Notes under the pieces: model-generated
Told to the model about the DNA's origin: nothing
The model's input: only the letters and a program-made list of their open reading frames with translations
Databases searched by the model: none
In this document: one piece after another, positions 49,211 through 63,230 of the stretch
How the letters are laid out: each line of letters opens with the position of its first letter
How positions within the stretch are numbered: the stretch's first letter is position 1
Assembly (NCBI RefSeq): GCF_964204645.1
Contig: NC_134034.1
Location: forward strand, 11,420,962 to 11,484,961
Origin: Tubulanus polymorphus
Taxonomy: Eukaryota > Animalia > Nemertea
Length of the DNA stretch: 64,000 nt
Reading direction: 5' to 3'
Made by a program: the position numbers and the translations under genes

Positions 49211-50861
49211 TGAACGAGGTTTCCCTGGGCTCTGATCTGTTCAGAACCAATTGAGATATGCATTTTCCAAATAATCGTGTCAAATCATCCCCAAAAAGGT
49301 TGTTGGTTCAGGTTTGAGGGCAAAAGAGCGCGTTCAATCATCGACTCATAATGATTCGAACTCCTTCGTTGCAGTGAAGTCTTTTCTGCACACTCCATCA
49401 AAGTCAATGGCGCGCGATCGGATGTATTCAGACGTGTCATGTGGTCGGTCGATTTAATTGAATCTGGATTCTTTTCCCCGAAGAAAAGTCGCTGGCGCTC
49501 AAGTATCGTTATAGAATCGGTTTAAAAGCAGCAAAAAGACGGTTACATACATGTATTTGAATAACGAATATCTCGCATGTAGACAAGAAGTATCGATAAA
49601 ACATGAGACGGAATATTGTAAATCAACCAAAAAAGCCGTAGCTTTAGGCCGACATAAACACGTGTATCGTCTCTAGATAATTCGCTATTTCTACCGATGA
49701 ACTTTTATCAAGAAGGTCCTCGGGTTAAGATTATAAATTCATGTTCTGTCTGATTGGTTTTCTTCTCTTTTTCGAGACGCGGCGCCGGATATTTTGCGCC
49801 GCATTTAACAACGCCGTGTTCTCGGAACAGACGAACCGACGATTAGAAAGTTGAGGACTATTGCAAGTTCATTTTCATGTCGTCTGCATGACGAGCGATC
49901 ACTGATTGGAAAGTTCTGTTGAAAGTTGTCAAAGGCGTTTTAAAAGATTGTCCTTTAAAAGATCTTGACCGGGGGTTCAGCTTAATGTCTATTTCAACTT
50001 TTTGAACTATCGTCGGGTGGCACATCTCTGTCAGTTTTGGTAGTAGATAGCCTACACCAGCTGATATAGGTCCGGGCATGCCCAAGAGAGATGGGCAAGT
50101 GATCTAAAATATCGCATTCATATTCATTTTACACTGCATTGAAAGGTTGCCAAAGAGTGTTCTTTTACTTTAAGTCGAATCAGAAAAAAGGCTCCGTTTT
50201 TTGAAGTAGCCTAAATTAAGTTTAGAATAAAGCTCACGATCCGCTTCAATCTACAGTTGTGAGTTAGAGTTAACTATGAACTCGGCATCCAGGGTCCAGT
50301 TCCACAGTTCCGAGTTAAGATTTAACTCAGTTAACTCCAACTCCACTTTGGAACTGGACCCTGTTCTGTAGTTGTGAGTTTGAGTTAACTATGAACTCGG
50401 GATCCGGTTCCAACATTGTCACAACTATCATTTCTTTCGACATTTATTCAAATCTCCTTAAAAGTGTCTTTCGTCCTATGCACGCGCGCTACGTGCAACC
50501 AATGGACGATGCATTCGACAGCACAAAGCCCAACGCAAAGCAGATTCAGATTGTAAGGTTATATGTAGTGACCATTGAGATGCGATGACTATCTTTGGTT
50601 GAAAAAATACCACTGGGACATAATGAACTTGAACTATTTATGCAAAAAGGACCTGTTTGGCAACCTTGGGTTTCGAGATATTCTATGCAAAAAGGAATCG
50701 CGTATTAAGATCTCTAAAACCTCCAGGGAAACCGAGGCCAATATTTTCAAACTCTTGTGTAAACGAACACATCGCCGCAAACCAAATAGAACTCGGTTTA
50801 AGTTTGCCATCTTTTCATGCAGATTTTCCCAACACTCCCGCGAGAGGCGACCACGACAGTG

Positions 50862-50918
50862 GCAGCAGCAGCAGCAGCAGCAGCACCAGCAGCAGCAGCA
50901 GTACCAACAGCAGCAGCG
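50862..50918 (+). repeat. (CAG)n trinucleotide repeat
   Basis: About 19 imperfect CAG units. Confidence 0.9.
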
Positions 50919-51249
50919 ACGTCAACGCTGACATTTTCTAAAGTCTCAGTTTTCCGCGTGTCTTGTTCAATCTCGTTAATAACAGAAGCATTGTCGATCC
51001 ATACGAAACTTTGTCCGGCCCATTTTCCCGAGTTGACCAGACGAGACAAAACACAAAACCGCCGACAGAAATAGCCATTTCCGGCGTGGTGAATACGATA
51101 GCCGAGACCAATATCCGCGTAGTTCAGTAAATTGTAGAGAACCGCGGCTGCAGTCTCGGCACGTAGCTACCTATTTGTTAGTTTATTATCGAGTAATGCC
51201 ATCTTGATCCTCTCTCAACAGAGATCTGTTGCGCGATGAGAGAAAGCTG

Positions 51250-51715
51250 TGGTCTGCGCTATAGACGTACACGGACACACTAGGGTTTATTACATTTCCT
51301 ATGACGTGTCCTCGGGTTTTCGCACGATAAAGGACTCGCCGCGGTTCGAGCATTGTAGTTTGCTTATTACAAAAAGCGTAGTCGGGAAGAACGATTACTG
51401 CGCTATGCTACCTATGATTCGAACCCAGGACCTCCAGTATGGGAGACAATGCTACATCACCGAGATGAATTGATGGAGAGATTGCCCGGTCCTTGTAGCG
51501 ACCATTTAGCTATAGTGACCAGTCAGGTGCAGTGACTCACAAACAATCCCCGCTATCATTCTTTGATCACAAGGTTTCGTATTATTAAATTCTAAAAAAA
51601 GAATGGGGGACTGGAATTCTTAAGCGAGAATGGGGGACTGGAATTCTAAAGCGGGGCTCGATCCATGCAACCTCCAGCATGCCAGCCGAGCATGCTAACC
51701 ACTAGACCATAGACC
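51250..51715 (-). mobile_element. SINE-like remnants with tRNA-like heads (B-box at about 51414-51426; pseudo-tRNA at 51651-51715)
   Basis: - strand gggTTCGAATC; and TGGTCTAGTGGTTAGC..GGATCGAGCCCC (A box and degenerate B box). Confidence 0.5.
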
Positions 51716-54010
51716 CGTATAGTGCTTGCTAGCGTTTGGGGGTGTGTATGGTCAGTGTATGGTGGCCAGTCAGATATAACGGTCGCCAAGTCAGGTGTGA
51801 TAGAACATACGCTACATTCAAATCAACTTCAGATTTCAAGGATAAAAGGATTTCTTTTCAGGCCCGATTTCAGGACATTTTTTGTAGTGTAGATTGTGCG
51901 AGCGTAATATCTCGTTCGAGCAGCGACGTAGAACATGCTGCCGCAGTTCTTGGAAAACTCCTCACAGCTGCAGAAGTGGGCGCGAAGAGATGATATCACA
52001 GTTTTCCAATCATGTTTTTCTCAATCTTGCTCTTAATCTGCACGGAGGCTGTTCAATCTTATACGTGTCGTTCCCGCAGTTTATTTGATTCGCACGGAAT
52101 CGTTCGCCATCCAGTTACCAAATCAGAAGCGCACGAACTATAGTCTTAGGCTATACTCTTTTTTTCTAAATTAGTTTATGCTCACGAATCATCAGTTTTC
52201 ACACGGCTCATCTCAACTCCCCGATAGAGATTGCAAGCGCACAAACACAACATGTGCGTGTTTTTTTCTGTATAGAAATCAATGCGCATCGCAGACGACA
52301 TCGATCAAAAGTATGTATTCCACCGCGCGCAAAATAATCCATAATCTCATCGACCGAAAATATGTCCAGAATCTGACGCTCGGCTGGAGATGGAAAGTGA
52401 ATACTTCAATCACCTTTCTGAGTGCAGCAAGGATGGCGATGGAACTCTCTTAATGTATACTAGGACACGCGTCGGAGAAAGATATCAGAGGGGGCTCTGA
52501 GGACTATCGAACTTCTACCATGTTTACATTCGTCGCGGCCTAGCTTGAAATTTTGTCATAGATCACTAACGAACTAACTCATTTTTTTCTGACGGTGGTA
52601 TGTTGGGAATATTGAATCATTACCGGGTTTACATTCCTCGTCAGTGTCCAGCTTGTAATTTTGTTATACCCCCCACTAATGATCTGTGAATATTGTTTGC
52701 TCTGCTATTAGTGAGAGGCCATGTTCGGCATCATATTTTATTGATACCTAGTTAGAAAACCGTTAATTTGTACATGTATACCTCGTTATTATTGGAAATG
52801 ATTTGTAAAGTGCGCCCTGCGTTAATGAGTATATAGTGTGAATTTCCCATATCGATGAAATATGTAATGAAGCCCGCATTCATAAAAACCAATCCATTTC
52901 CATAGTTGAGTTAGAGTTACCTCTGAACTCAGGATCCAGTTCCCGAAAGTTGTGAGCTAAGATTTGTTTGCCATATTAGAGTTTATTATCAAATATACCA
53001 ATACAAGAAAGTGTCAATCTGACATTTTATGCTGTGTTGAATATGAACAGTGTTTTATAGTATATTTCATAGTATATTGGTGAGATAGATTGTATTTGAA
53101 AATACAACAGTGTTTGTTGTGTTAGTTACAGGTTAAGGTGGTTTTCTGTGCACATCTTTCAAGGGACATGGTGAATATTCGTTACGTATTATTCGAATTG
53201 TCGCGAATGAAATTGCCAGTGTTTGAAATTAATTAAGAGGTTTGTTCGAAGTTGTGATTCTTGTCGCCATGAAGTAGAAAACGCATTTTGAGTTGATATT
53301 AAGGGTGTCAAATATATAGAAAAAATATAGCGAGCTAAGTTTCAAGTCTTCAACTCAGTTCACTCGAGCGCGGCTCCGGTTACACAGCAGTTGTGAGTTA
53401 GAGTTAACTCTGAACACAGAATCCAGTTCCACGGTTTGTGGAACTGTGGGCGCGGGAACCGGGTCCATTCGTACGTGTCTCACAATCGGTGAATATATTT
53501 TGTATTTGTTCCCTTGACTAAAACCGATGTTTCTGGTCATTAAAAGAACTCTCCGGACCAAATTGAATTGTTTCCGCCTATACGTTTATTGAACTATCCG
53601 GTAGAAATTGTTTTCCTGTGTCGCATCAATGAATAATTTATTGATATCACCTGCGGCATTAACCCTACAAACACAGTTCGGCAGTGAATATTATCAGGTC
53701 CGCAGTGAATAAATCAATAAAAGTCCCTAGCGAGGAATGGCAACTGTGCTAGTAACTTTCCTACGAAATCGTGTCCCAATAGTGATATACGATTCGAGCT
53801 CAAAGACTACAAAAACCTTTCCTTAGTTTTTGTAGGTTTCTAAGCGTTAAAATGGTATAATTCGACTATGCCATAATCTGACGACCGCAAACCGGAAATT
53901 TCCAAGATGACGTCATAAATGGCCGCCAAAATACTAAAATGGCAACAACGAAGTCTTTGAACTTTACAACTTCTTCAATCTTTTTAGTTTTCATTCCCAG
54001 AGGTCTAATA

Positions 54011-54261
54011 CAGGGGCGCAGATTTTGGAAAATTGGAGGGCAGACGAAATTACTAAGGAATTGTTTTCTGATAAAGCGGGTGCCACGCCGACCCACCCTA
54101 GGTGTTAGATATTTTTAAGGAAGGACACCCAAAATATGCGATTTCCAAGAGGATGAGTGTGAAATGTGCAGGATTTTACAATCTTTGTCTTGACGAAAAG
54201 GACAACTTCAATGGAAGGACGGAGGCCCGGACCCCGAAACCACTCCCTAAATCTGCCCCTG
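54011..54261. mobile_element. About 250-bp MITE; related GGGCGGATCC-type ends at about 4020-4066, 39055-39226, 55410-55473
   Basis: TA|CAGGGGCGCAGATTT...AAATCTGCCCCTG|TA. Confidence 0.65.
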
Positions 54262-54999
54262 TAATGACAGAATTCATTATATATAACACCGAGTTGCTAT
54301 TCGTGGCTTTTTGCTTTCATTGCACCCACATTATAGAATGCTTAACCCCAAAAATATTCGTGAAACCATTATAGAATGCTTGACCCCAAAAATATTCGTG
54401 AAACTCCGACCGTTTCGTCTTTCAAATCACACATAAAAACTTTTATTTCGAAAAACAATGCTTTAATTGTTTAATTCTGCTGTAATGTTTAGATGTTTTA
54501 GTCTAATGTAAAGTTCAATGATTATGTCTTTATACTTTATAGAGTTGCGTTGTATAAGCAAATTACTGTTTTTATGAATGTGATTTATGTCCAGAATCCA
54601 AAAATCAAAAACGATTACGGAAGCTAGAATTAGAAAAGAAAGAAACGCGAATTCGGTTGTTATATTGTGCAATCGGTTTTTCAAGGTTTCAATTGAAATT
54701 CGATTTTGATAAATATGAACTGTTGACGACGGCGCGGATGTTTTTCGTGTCGTTCCGTGTCTACAGCTCGGCCCCCGACCGCGTTAAAAACGAAACATTC
54801 ATCGTCTGCGTCGCGATTCGGCGTCGTCTGCGCGCAGCGGAAAATGATCGATGATTTCGAACGTCTCGCTATTTCCCCCCATTGAGAGACCGAACGGAGA
54901 AACAATATTCGAATAATAATGCGCGAATTGTTTAACGTCGAATACTTTCGGTTTAATTGAGCGCGCGATTATCATCGATCAACTGTATTATGGGGGCGG

Positions 55000-55330
55000 G
55001 GGCACGAGCTGGGATGGAAAATTGGATTGCCTGAAAGCAGTGGGCATAGTAGGAGTGATTGTTATGTTTGGTATGATGTTTGGAGAGACGGGAATATTGG
55101 AAATGGTTGGTCTGGGTCGGAGGCAGGGAGGCAGTTATAAAGTTGGAGAGAGTATGGAATCGGGCGTTTTAGTAGGGATGGCAAGAAACTCAGAAGGTTT
55201 ATACTAGTTGGAATAGGATTTAGTGGTGAAGGCCAGGGCGGAGCCAGGAAGGCGGAGAACCAGGGTTCTGAAGGGCACAATAGTAATCGCGAAGGGTACC
55301 CGACATGGCGAGCGCCGAAGACGCGACATT
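55000..55330 (-). mobile_element. Probable decayed LINE 3' end
   Basis: PIPYSLQLYNCLP..IFPSLQT resembles the RT-downstream FP...WN.LP..SL..FK motif; composition shift. Confidence 0.4.
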
Positions 55331-56034
55331 TTGAAATGTTGGTATTCTCGAAGGCTATTTGATGGAAATTTGATGGATGTCACGAAACAAAAAAAAATGT
55401 TTTCCTAGAAATTTTGGGGGCACCTCTGAAAACTGTAGGGGGGACTAGCCCCCTGGTCCCCATGGATCCGCCCTCGTGAGGCGCTCCGAAAGATCGGGAA
55501 GCATGGATGTATGGAGGAAGCGCGGGGGGTAGGATCAAGCGGGGAGGTTCGACCTCACTGGGTCAACGGATGAGGAAGACATGTGGGTCCTGTCATATTA
55601 CAGACGTCAGAATGAGTTAACATCGTCGTCATAGTAATGATTTACCTGTGGCTGCTCTGATATTGTACGTATCGAATAAACTTATTCATATACATAATAT
55701 AAATTGATGTCTTAGTCATTTGTCTTTTTCGCTATGAGTTAATTTCTGGGAATGAATTACTGTAAATAGTGATTGAGCACGTATTTATAAATTGGATATG
55801 ATCCCTGTGGGGGTAATAGCGACGCCTGTATTTATGCCGCCCTTTGAACGACCTATCCACGTGTGTACAGACTGTGCATCTGGAAGGGAGAAAGGATCTT
55901 TTCGTCGCTAAGCGAACATAGTATGACGTTACCGAATATTGCCGATTGAGGCCCGAAGTAATTTCTTCTTCCTTAACAAATAGAATCGGTCAAAAGTTTA
56001 AAGCTCGTTTTAGAAAGCAATTGCGCGGGTTAAA

Positions 56035-56330
56035 TTCACTCTGTACTCAGTTCCACAGTTGTGTGGGTTTGATCTGTTTCTGGATCCAGTTTCACAGTTG
56101 TGTGGTTTGATATCACTCTGGACCCAGTTCCACAGTTGTGTGTGGAGTTTGACTCTGAACTCAGTTCCACAGTTGTGTCTAGTTTGACTCTGAACTCAGT
56201 TCCACAGTTGTGTCTAGTTTGACTCTGAACCCAGTTCAACAATATTGTGTCGTTTTAATTTGACTCCGAATCCAGTTCCACAGTAGCGTAGGTTTAATTT
56301 GACTCTGAAACAAGTTCAACAGGTGTGGGA
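56035..56330 (+). repeat. 34-40-bp array of the same satellite family
   Basis: cagttccacagttgtg..tttgactctgaac. Confidence 0.9.
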
Positions 56331-56439
56331 CTAAATCGAATACGTTTATCAGTTCGTCACTAATTGCAGTTTCCACATTTAGATACGTTCACCCGTTAGC
56401 AACAGCTAGCAGCAGTTCTGCAGAAGGTGACTCGAACGT

Positions 56440-56746
56440 TGCGCATGCGCGTGCGTCAGGCAGATGGAAATAGCCGACAGAGCTAAACAGTCAACTCAAA
56501 CAGACGACGCTCTTAACACGCGCACCGAATTCCTTGACATCAAGTTATCCTAAATATCTACAAATCTCGTGCGAAAACTACCGTATTTTACGCGAATCGT
56601 CTAACGCGCGCAAGACCAGGAATCATCTTCGAAATATCGAACTTATTCGTAGTTTTAGGACGGATAGCGCGCTCTACGCGAGCTTCAGGCGGAGTTTATC
56701 GAAAACACAATAAGGAAAAAACATCTCGACGGAATTCAAGGTAAAG
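56440..56746 (+). promoter_or_regulatory. Candidate promoter and non-coding first exon of a + strand gene
   Basis: NRF1-like TGCGCATGCGC at 56440-56450; CpG-rich stretch ending in donor AAG|GTAAAG at 56740/56741. Confidence 0.35.
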
Positions 56747-58344
56747 ATTTTCTACATCGGTCGACAATGCTTATAAACTGTATCATCGGGTCGTTATAAT
56801 ATGTTCAATAGCAAAGTCGCCATCCACTTACTCATAGGTTCTAACGTAGTTGAAATAAATTTTAGGTCATATATCTAACCATGAAAACCTGCACGGTTAA
56901 CTTTGACTCTAGAGTCTAATCTTTCTAGAAAAACGAATCTTTTTTTTGATGTAAGAAAAATGATTGTACAATGTAGCATAGTTTACCGGTGACAACTTGA
57001 AGCTGAATCAAATTTCTCACTCAGCCATCGGTGAAGCGTCGTTTATCCGTGGTTTTACGGGTCATCTGTTAATTTATCTATTCTGTCAAGTGGTTATAGT
57101 ATCGGCGTGATCGGGGGTGGGGATGAGGGGGGAGAGACGGAGGTACGATTCGATCTCCCTCGCAGCCGGGTATGACCCTTGTTAACGCCGCTAATGAGCC
57201 GTGTAGATTCTGTCTGTCAGGGCGCTGTAAAACGGGGTCGAATATGAAGTCTTACTGAACTGTGCCCCCCCCCCCTCCCCCCAGAACATCAGAATGGTGT
57301 ATCTTTACAAGTAAAATTGCTAAAATATTCGTGCTGACACAGCATCCACTGCTAATAATATATAGAATATTGTTTTTATTTTCGTCATTCATATATTTTG
57401 TACAATTGTTACATAGACCTTGGGTTTGTCAAATAAGCTAAATTAGACCCCCGCCCGCTCGCCCCCAGCCGCTCAAACTCAAATAAACTTCAACGAGTTC
57501 AGATGTTTGATCATTGATTACATTAATTACAATCTACTTTACAATCTTAGAGCAAAGGGTTCATCGGCGGTTCGTTAGGGAACCTCGTGGTTTTGTTTGA
57601 ACTGTTCAGGTTCTTCAGCATTATAGAATCTAGACTGAGGTTCTTTGAGAGACTTGTGGTTCATTCCGTTTACGATTGAAAATTACTTTTTGGTAATCCG
57701 ATGGGGTATTTACGGAGGCAGTCGCCCTTCCTGATTGCAATTCTTAAGTTAGTCGATTATGTCTTGTTCATGGAGGTAATCACATTTTCTAGATGTGTTT
57801 CCAACTCCAATTATATCAGAAAATCCTACGACGTCATTAAGTTTTTTTATATCATACATATGTAGCCATCTTTTCTCGAATATGCGATAGGAAAAATACA
57901 ATAGCTGCCGATATTGATATTCAATACTGTGAATGATGATTTTGATGAGTGGTTTCCGTTCGGTTACAGGCGTTCATGTTTGAGCCGCGCGATATTGATC
58001 GCCGTGTGTGGAGGCTTTTGAAGGATCAATCACTCGGTAGTATGATTGATCCTCGGGTATCATTGAATGTGTAAATATTGATGGTGCTCGGGAATTCAAT
58101 CTTTATTCAACCGTGTGCCACTGACATCGAGTGTGTGACTAGGGGAGAGATAGGTGCTGCTGCCTGAACTATATCAGAACTCAGTTGATTTATAGGAATT
58201 TGACGTTTAGGACGGATATCAACAACCATCAATTTCTGATTGATACGTACGAAGTTGACAAGAAAAAGAATTTGAAAGATCGAGTGATCTGATATAACGA
58301 AGGAATCAATTTTAGGATAGTAAGACTAAGTTGACAATAAATCA

Positions 58345-58700
58345 GACGAATGTTAAGTTGACAAACGAAATAGTAAGTCGACAAAGTACTAAAAAGTAAG
58401 ATCTTGATTCGACAAATGTTGATATGTTGACAGTAAATTAGACAAATATTAACTTGACAAAGTACTAAAAAGTGAGATCTTAATTCGACAAATGTTGATA
58501 TGTTGACGGTAAATTAGACAACTATTAAGTTGACAAAGTACTAAAAAGTAAGATCTTAATACGACAAATGTTGATATGTTGACAGTAGATTAGACAAATA
58601 TTAAGTTGACAAAGTACTAAAAAGTCGGGTAGTAGTTCGACACATGTTAAGTCGACGAGGTGTTCACAAATTGTTGTAAGTCGACGACAAAGGAAGTTGA
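58345..58700 (+). repeat. 76-bp tandem repeat built from TTGAC/TCGAC subunits
   Basis: acaaagtactaaaaagt recurs at 58381, 58457, 58533, 58609. Confidence 0.88.
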
Positions 58701-59663
58701 TTGAGAGGATGTAGGAAGTTGAACAGGACAATAGCGATGCCGGATTCGATGATAATTTCATTGCATTTCAAAACCCGCTTTTATCCTAAAAGCGCCGCTC
58801 CTTAATTCTCACAATTTAATCTGCGGTTGTATTGTTTCGAAATTGTAATCATTCTGTTAAGACGCCACTCTCTCTCTCTCTCTCTCTCAAATTCCGCCGG
58901 TAAGACGAAACGAAACAAGTTGATAATTAATCAAAATGAAACGACGATTTGTACAAATGATTATTTCGATTGAAAAACGCTAAAGGAAATGAAATGAAAT
59001 CCGTGCTGAGTTTGACGAAGAGCAGCTATCACGTTGCCTCCGGATTCTCGTTGTTGTAACGCGAAAAAGAGCCGCATTAACATCCATTCGCTATTTGAGC
59101 TTAACGCGCTTTGCTGTGGTCTATAGCACAAAACAACAAGATTTGTTCAATCAAAATTCTACCGTTAATTTTCTGAAACGAATTTCAAATTGATTAAGTT
59201 TTAGAAAATCTAGTATCCTATTTCTCGAGCAAATAGTCTGACTTAATTAAACCTGGCATTTAGAATCGTGATAAGCTTAGTAATGTTCGTCGTATCGTAA
59301 TCTTTAAAGATGTTTTGAAAATTATTGAGTCGAAAAAATCGACAGCGTTTGAGTTGGATTTCACAGAGCAGTCGAACAGCGGCGGCGAACGCGCGAAGAG
59401 ACGTTTTCATCGCTACGGATGAAAGAAGTTTTTTTTCTTCCCGGCGAAAAATCTGTCGGTTTCGTTTCGCCATCGATTCTTGTGTGAAGCGCTGATGTAA
59501 CTAACTTTGTACCGTTCGCTGCGAGACTTTGTTTAGAAAAACTAAATTACCGAAAAACCACGGCTGACAGTTGCGCCGACGTAGTCATTTCAAGACTACC
59601 AAATTAGTCATATTGCCAATTTATGAACTTAAGAATAGTCATAGTTCATTAATTTACTTGTAC

Positions 59664-59880
59664 AACCAATCCAACAGCTTAATACCAGTCTAAGCTCATT
59701 TTCGTTCTTTAGCCAATCTAACAACTAAAGACCAGTCTAATTTCATTGGTTTTTTACCAATCTAACAACTTAAGACCAGTCTAAGCTCATTTTGGTTCTT
59801 TAGCCAATCTAACAACTTAAGATCAGTCTAAGCTCATTTTGGTTCTTTAACCAATCTAACAACTTAAGACAGGTCTGAGT
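59664..59880 (+). repeat. 44-47-bp tandem repeat (5 units) matching the internal segment of the 1198-1339 MITE family
   Basis: ccaatctaacaacttaagaccagtctaagctcattttggttctttag. Confidence 0.85.
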
Positions 59881-61274
59881 TTGTTTTGGTTATAAAAGGC
59901 CAAAATGGCTACGCAACTGCGAGGAAATCATACCTCTTCATAAACTCAGATTTAGTTCACATATAGCGCGATTCTATTATATTCACAATTATAGAAATTA
60001 TATATAGATTTATTTCGAAAAGAAATCCAACCGTTGTCCGAATGTACGCTAGCGACACCTGGCGGATCCTCACTTGCCACAAGCTCCAATCCTCGATCGA
60101 ACGAAGATTCATTAAGTAGCTGTTATTGTTACTGTTTTGTTTTCACCTCCCATGTATCCACATCCCGGCGCAATTACTTGTTAATTTCCTGTTTACTCAA
60201 CTAAGGTTCCAATGTGTTCTGAATACATAATGAACACGCAACTCTCTCGTGACGTCATGCCGGTCATTACTTGACCGTAATTAGTGTATTGCATGATTAC
60301 AATTAAATCCTAGAACTCTGAGATCCGATTCCAGTCGTAATTAAGTCAAATAATGACCTCTTGAATAACCTGATTTTCAGACACGATATTTTGACAGCTC
60401 GGTAAATATGGATTCATGTAGAAACACCTAGCATTTCACTTGTCAAAACTGAAGATACGATATCGATATTCGATCGATTTTAGATTCTACTGGAGAAGGT
60501 TTGATGACCTTTGTGTACCACTAGGTGCATTGCTGGATCTAGGTGCGCAGTTCGGCTGGTAGCGACCCCGGCGAGTCTTGAGTTTAAGGGGTTCGCGAAA
60601 CGGCTTTAGTGAGTTAGTGAGTTCGAATCCCTCGACGGACGAACATTATATGTACCGGGAAAATCTGAAGATGTCATTGGAGGATTTATGGATGAGTCAA
60701 CTATCTTTTACGAGGGGAGAGCCTATATCGGAGACAGGTGAAATGTCGCGATGTCGTAAGTGGGATTTATGGAGGCAGCCCTTCTCCCCGAAAGGTCTAT
60801 AAATCCTATAAATGCGGACTGGTCGTCGGTTGTATATCATCGCGTAACTTTTCGTATATTAATATGACGAATATTCGCGGTGGAATTTGTCGTGCGTGCC
60901 AGCGACAAATAGCAATTTCTGCTTCCTTCCGTTCGTCTGCTGCGGTTTGGTCACGTGTCACACTCGCCGGTCTATTACCGATGAATCGACATCGCAAATT
61001 ACCCGTAATATTCTACAAACTCAGACGGATCTAAATCTCTCGCCGCTGAACATTTTTATAAATCAAATTGCGACGATGTAATTATTGTGTAATATCGTCG
61101 ACGTATATTTAAATTTACGACGCTTTTTGCTTTTGAGAAATGTTGCTGAAACGGTTCCATATCACGTAATATTCGAATGAATATTCATTATACTGATCGC
61201 TACAGAATCGAGTGCCTAGATTCTGTACTACGTTAAACCCTACTAAAACAGTTTCGATTTCCCAATTCGATTCT

Positions 61275-62132
61275 GGAACCTGCTCCACAGTCGTGTGGGT
61301 TTAATTTGAATCTGAACCCAGTTCTACAGTTCTGTGTGGGTTTAATTTGACTCTGAACCCAGTTCTACAGTTGTGTGTGGGTTTAATTTGACTCTGAACC
61401 CAGTTCTACAGTTGTGTGTGGGTTTAATTTGACTCTGAACCCAGTTCTACAGTTGTGTGTGGGTTTAATTTGACTCTGAACCCAGTTCTACAGTTGTGTG
61501 TGGGTTTAATTTGACTCTGAACCGAGTACCACAGTTGTGTGGGTTTAATTTGACTCTAAACCCAGTTCTACAGTTGTGTGTGGGTTCGATTTGACTCTGA
61601 ACCCAGTACCACAGTTGTGTGGGTTTAATTTGACTCTGAACCCAGTTCTACAGTTGTGTGTGGGTTTAATTTGACTCTGAACCGAGTACCACAGTTGTGT
61701 GGGTTTAATTTGACTCTAAACCCAGTTCTACAGTTGTGTGTGGGTTCGATTTGACTCTGAACCCAGTACCACAGTTGTGTGACTTTAATTTGACTCTGAA
61801 CCCAGTTCTACAGTTGTGTGGGTTTAATTTGACTCTGAATCCAGTACCACAGTTGTGTGACTTTAATTTGACTCTGAACCCAGTTCCACAGTTGTGTGGG
61901 TTCAATTTGACTCTGAATCCAGTACCACAGTTGTGTGACTTTAATTTGACTCTGAACCGAGTTCCACAGTTGTGCGGGTTTAATTTGACTCTGAACCCAG
62001 TTCTACAATTCTGTGTGGGTTCGATTTGACTGTGAATCCAGTTCCACAATCGTGTGTGTTAAATTTGTCCCAGGTTCCAGTTCCATAGTTATGTGGCATT
62101 AATCCAGAATTCTCCGACCCAGTTCCACAGTT
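61275..62132 (+). repeat. 39/41-bp array (about 21 units) of the same satellite family
   Basis: cccagttctacagttgtgtg(tg)ggtttaatttgactctgaa. Confidence 0.95.
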
Positions 62133-62789
62133 TGTCGACGACAGACAGATAAATGTCTTTCGTGCCTTCAGACCATGAATATCCCAGGCGCACTTTATAC
62201 GACGTTCAACCTGCGAAAACAAAATCCGATAACATTAAACGCTGCGTCGGTTTGATGATAAATGCCTTTGAGTCGGCGAGATACAAACCACGCGCGACAG
62301 CGACCAGAAACAAAAATATCGCCTTTTTGCACATTTGCAATATCCGGAAAATCCATGAGCTGCAACAATTTGTACGCACGCCATTGACGACGTTGGTTAT
62401 GCGTGATTGTGCGTGCGGATGTGCGTGCGATTCCGCTTGTCGTTTGCCGGAGTAACCGACCGCCATTGCGTGGGCAATTATTTCTAAAAATACACGGTTC
62501 GTTACTCAGTCGACGATGACAAACTCTGGTTTAGATCGTCCTCCGCTAATGAAGTTACACAAAGCCGGACGATTTCTTTTCCCTTTCATTGCGATTGTTT
62601 TTGATTGGAGAGATACGGAAAATATGTATACACGATTAACGGGACAATATGCGGAAGTTTGACAACTTCCGGTAGATATAGCAGACGTTTAGATTGCTCT
62701 GTAAACTCGGATAAATCTATCGATAATGGTTTATACCAATTACTGGACTACAAGGCATCATATACCTCAGTAACTTTGCATCCCTTTTT

Positions 62790-63230
62790 GTTGTGTGGGT
62801 TTAATTTAACTCTGAATCCAGCTCCACAGATGCGTGGGTATAATTTGACTCTGGACCCAGTTACACAGCTGTGTGGGTTTAATTTGACACTGGATCCAGT
62901 TCCACAGTTGTGTGGGTATAGTTTGACGCTGCAACCAGTTCCACAGTTGTGTGGGTTTAATTTGACACGGGATCCAGTTCCACAGTTGTGTGGGTATAAT
63001 TTGACGCTGCACCCAGTTCCACAGTTGTGTGGGTTTAATCTAGTTCCGATCCCAGTTGTATAGGTTCAATGTGACTCTGCACCCAGTTCCACAGTTGTGT
63101 GGGTTTAATTTGACTCTGAATCCAGTTCCACAGTTGTGTGGGTTTAATTTGTCTCTGATCCCAGTTCCACAGTGGTTGGGATTTAGTTGACCCTGGATCT
63201 TCTACAAAGTTGTGCGAGTTTAATTCAACT
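62790..63230 (+). repeat. 39-bp array of the same satellite family
   Basis: ccagttccacagttgtgtgggtttaatttgac. Confidence 0.92.

Noticed and set aside
50575-51074. PolyQ/polyS/polyA ORFs
   Set aside because: All frames are open only because of the CAG repeat; no recognisable domain. Could at most be a UTR exon.
51651-51715. Functional tRNA gene
   Set aside because: Acceptor and T stems do not pair properly and the B box is degenerate; treated as a SINE head or pseudo-tRNA.
44176-63063. Repeat ORFs such as PVPQLCGFNLTLD, NPHNCGTG and TQLWNWIQ at 44, 56 and 61-63 kb
   Set aside because: Translations of the 39-bp satellite (unit length is a multiple of 3); not genes.
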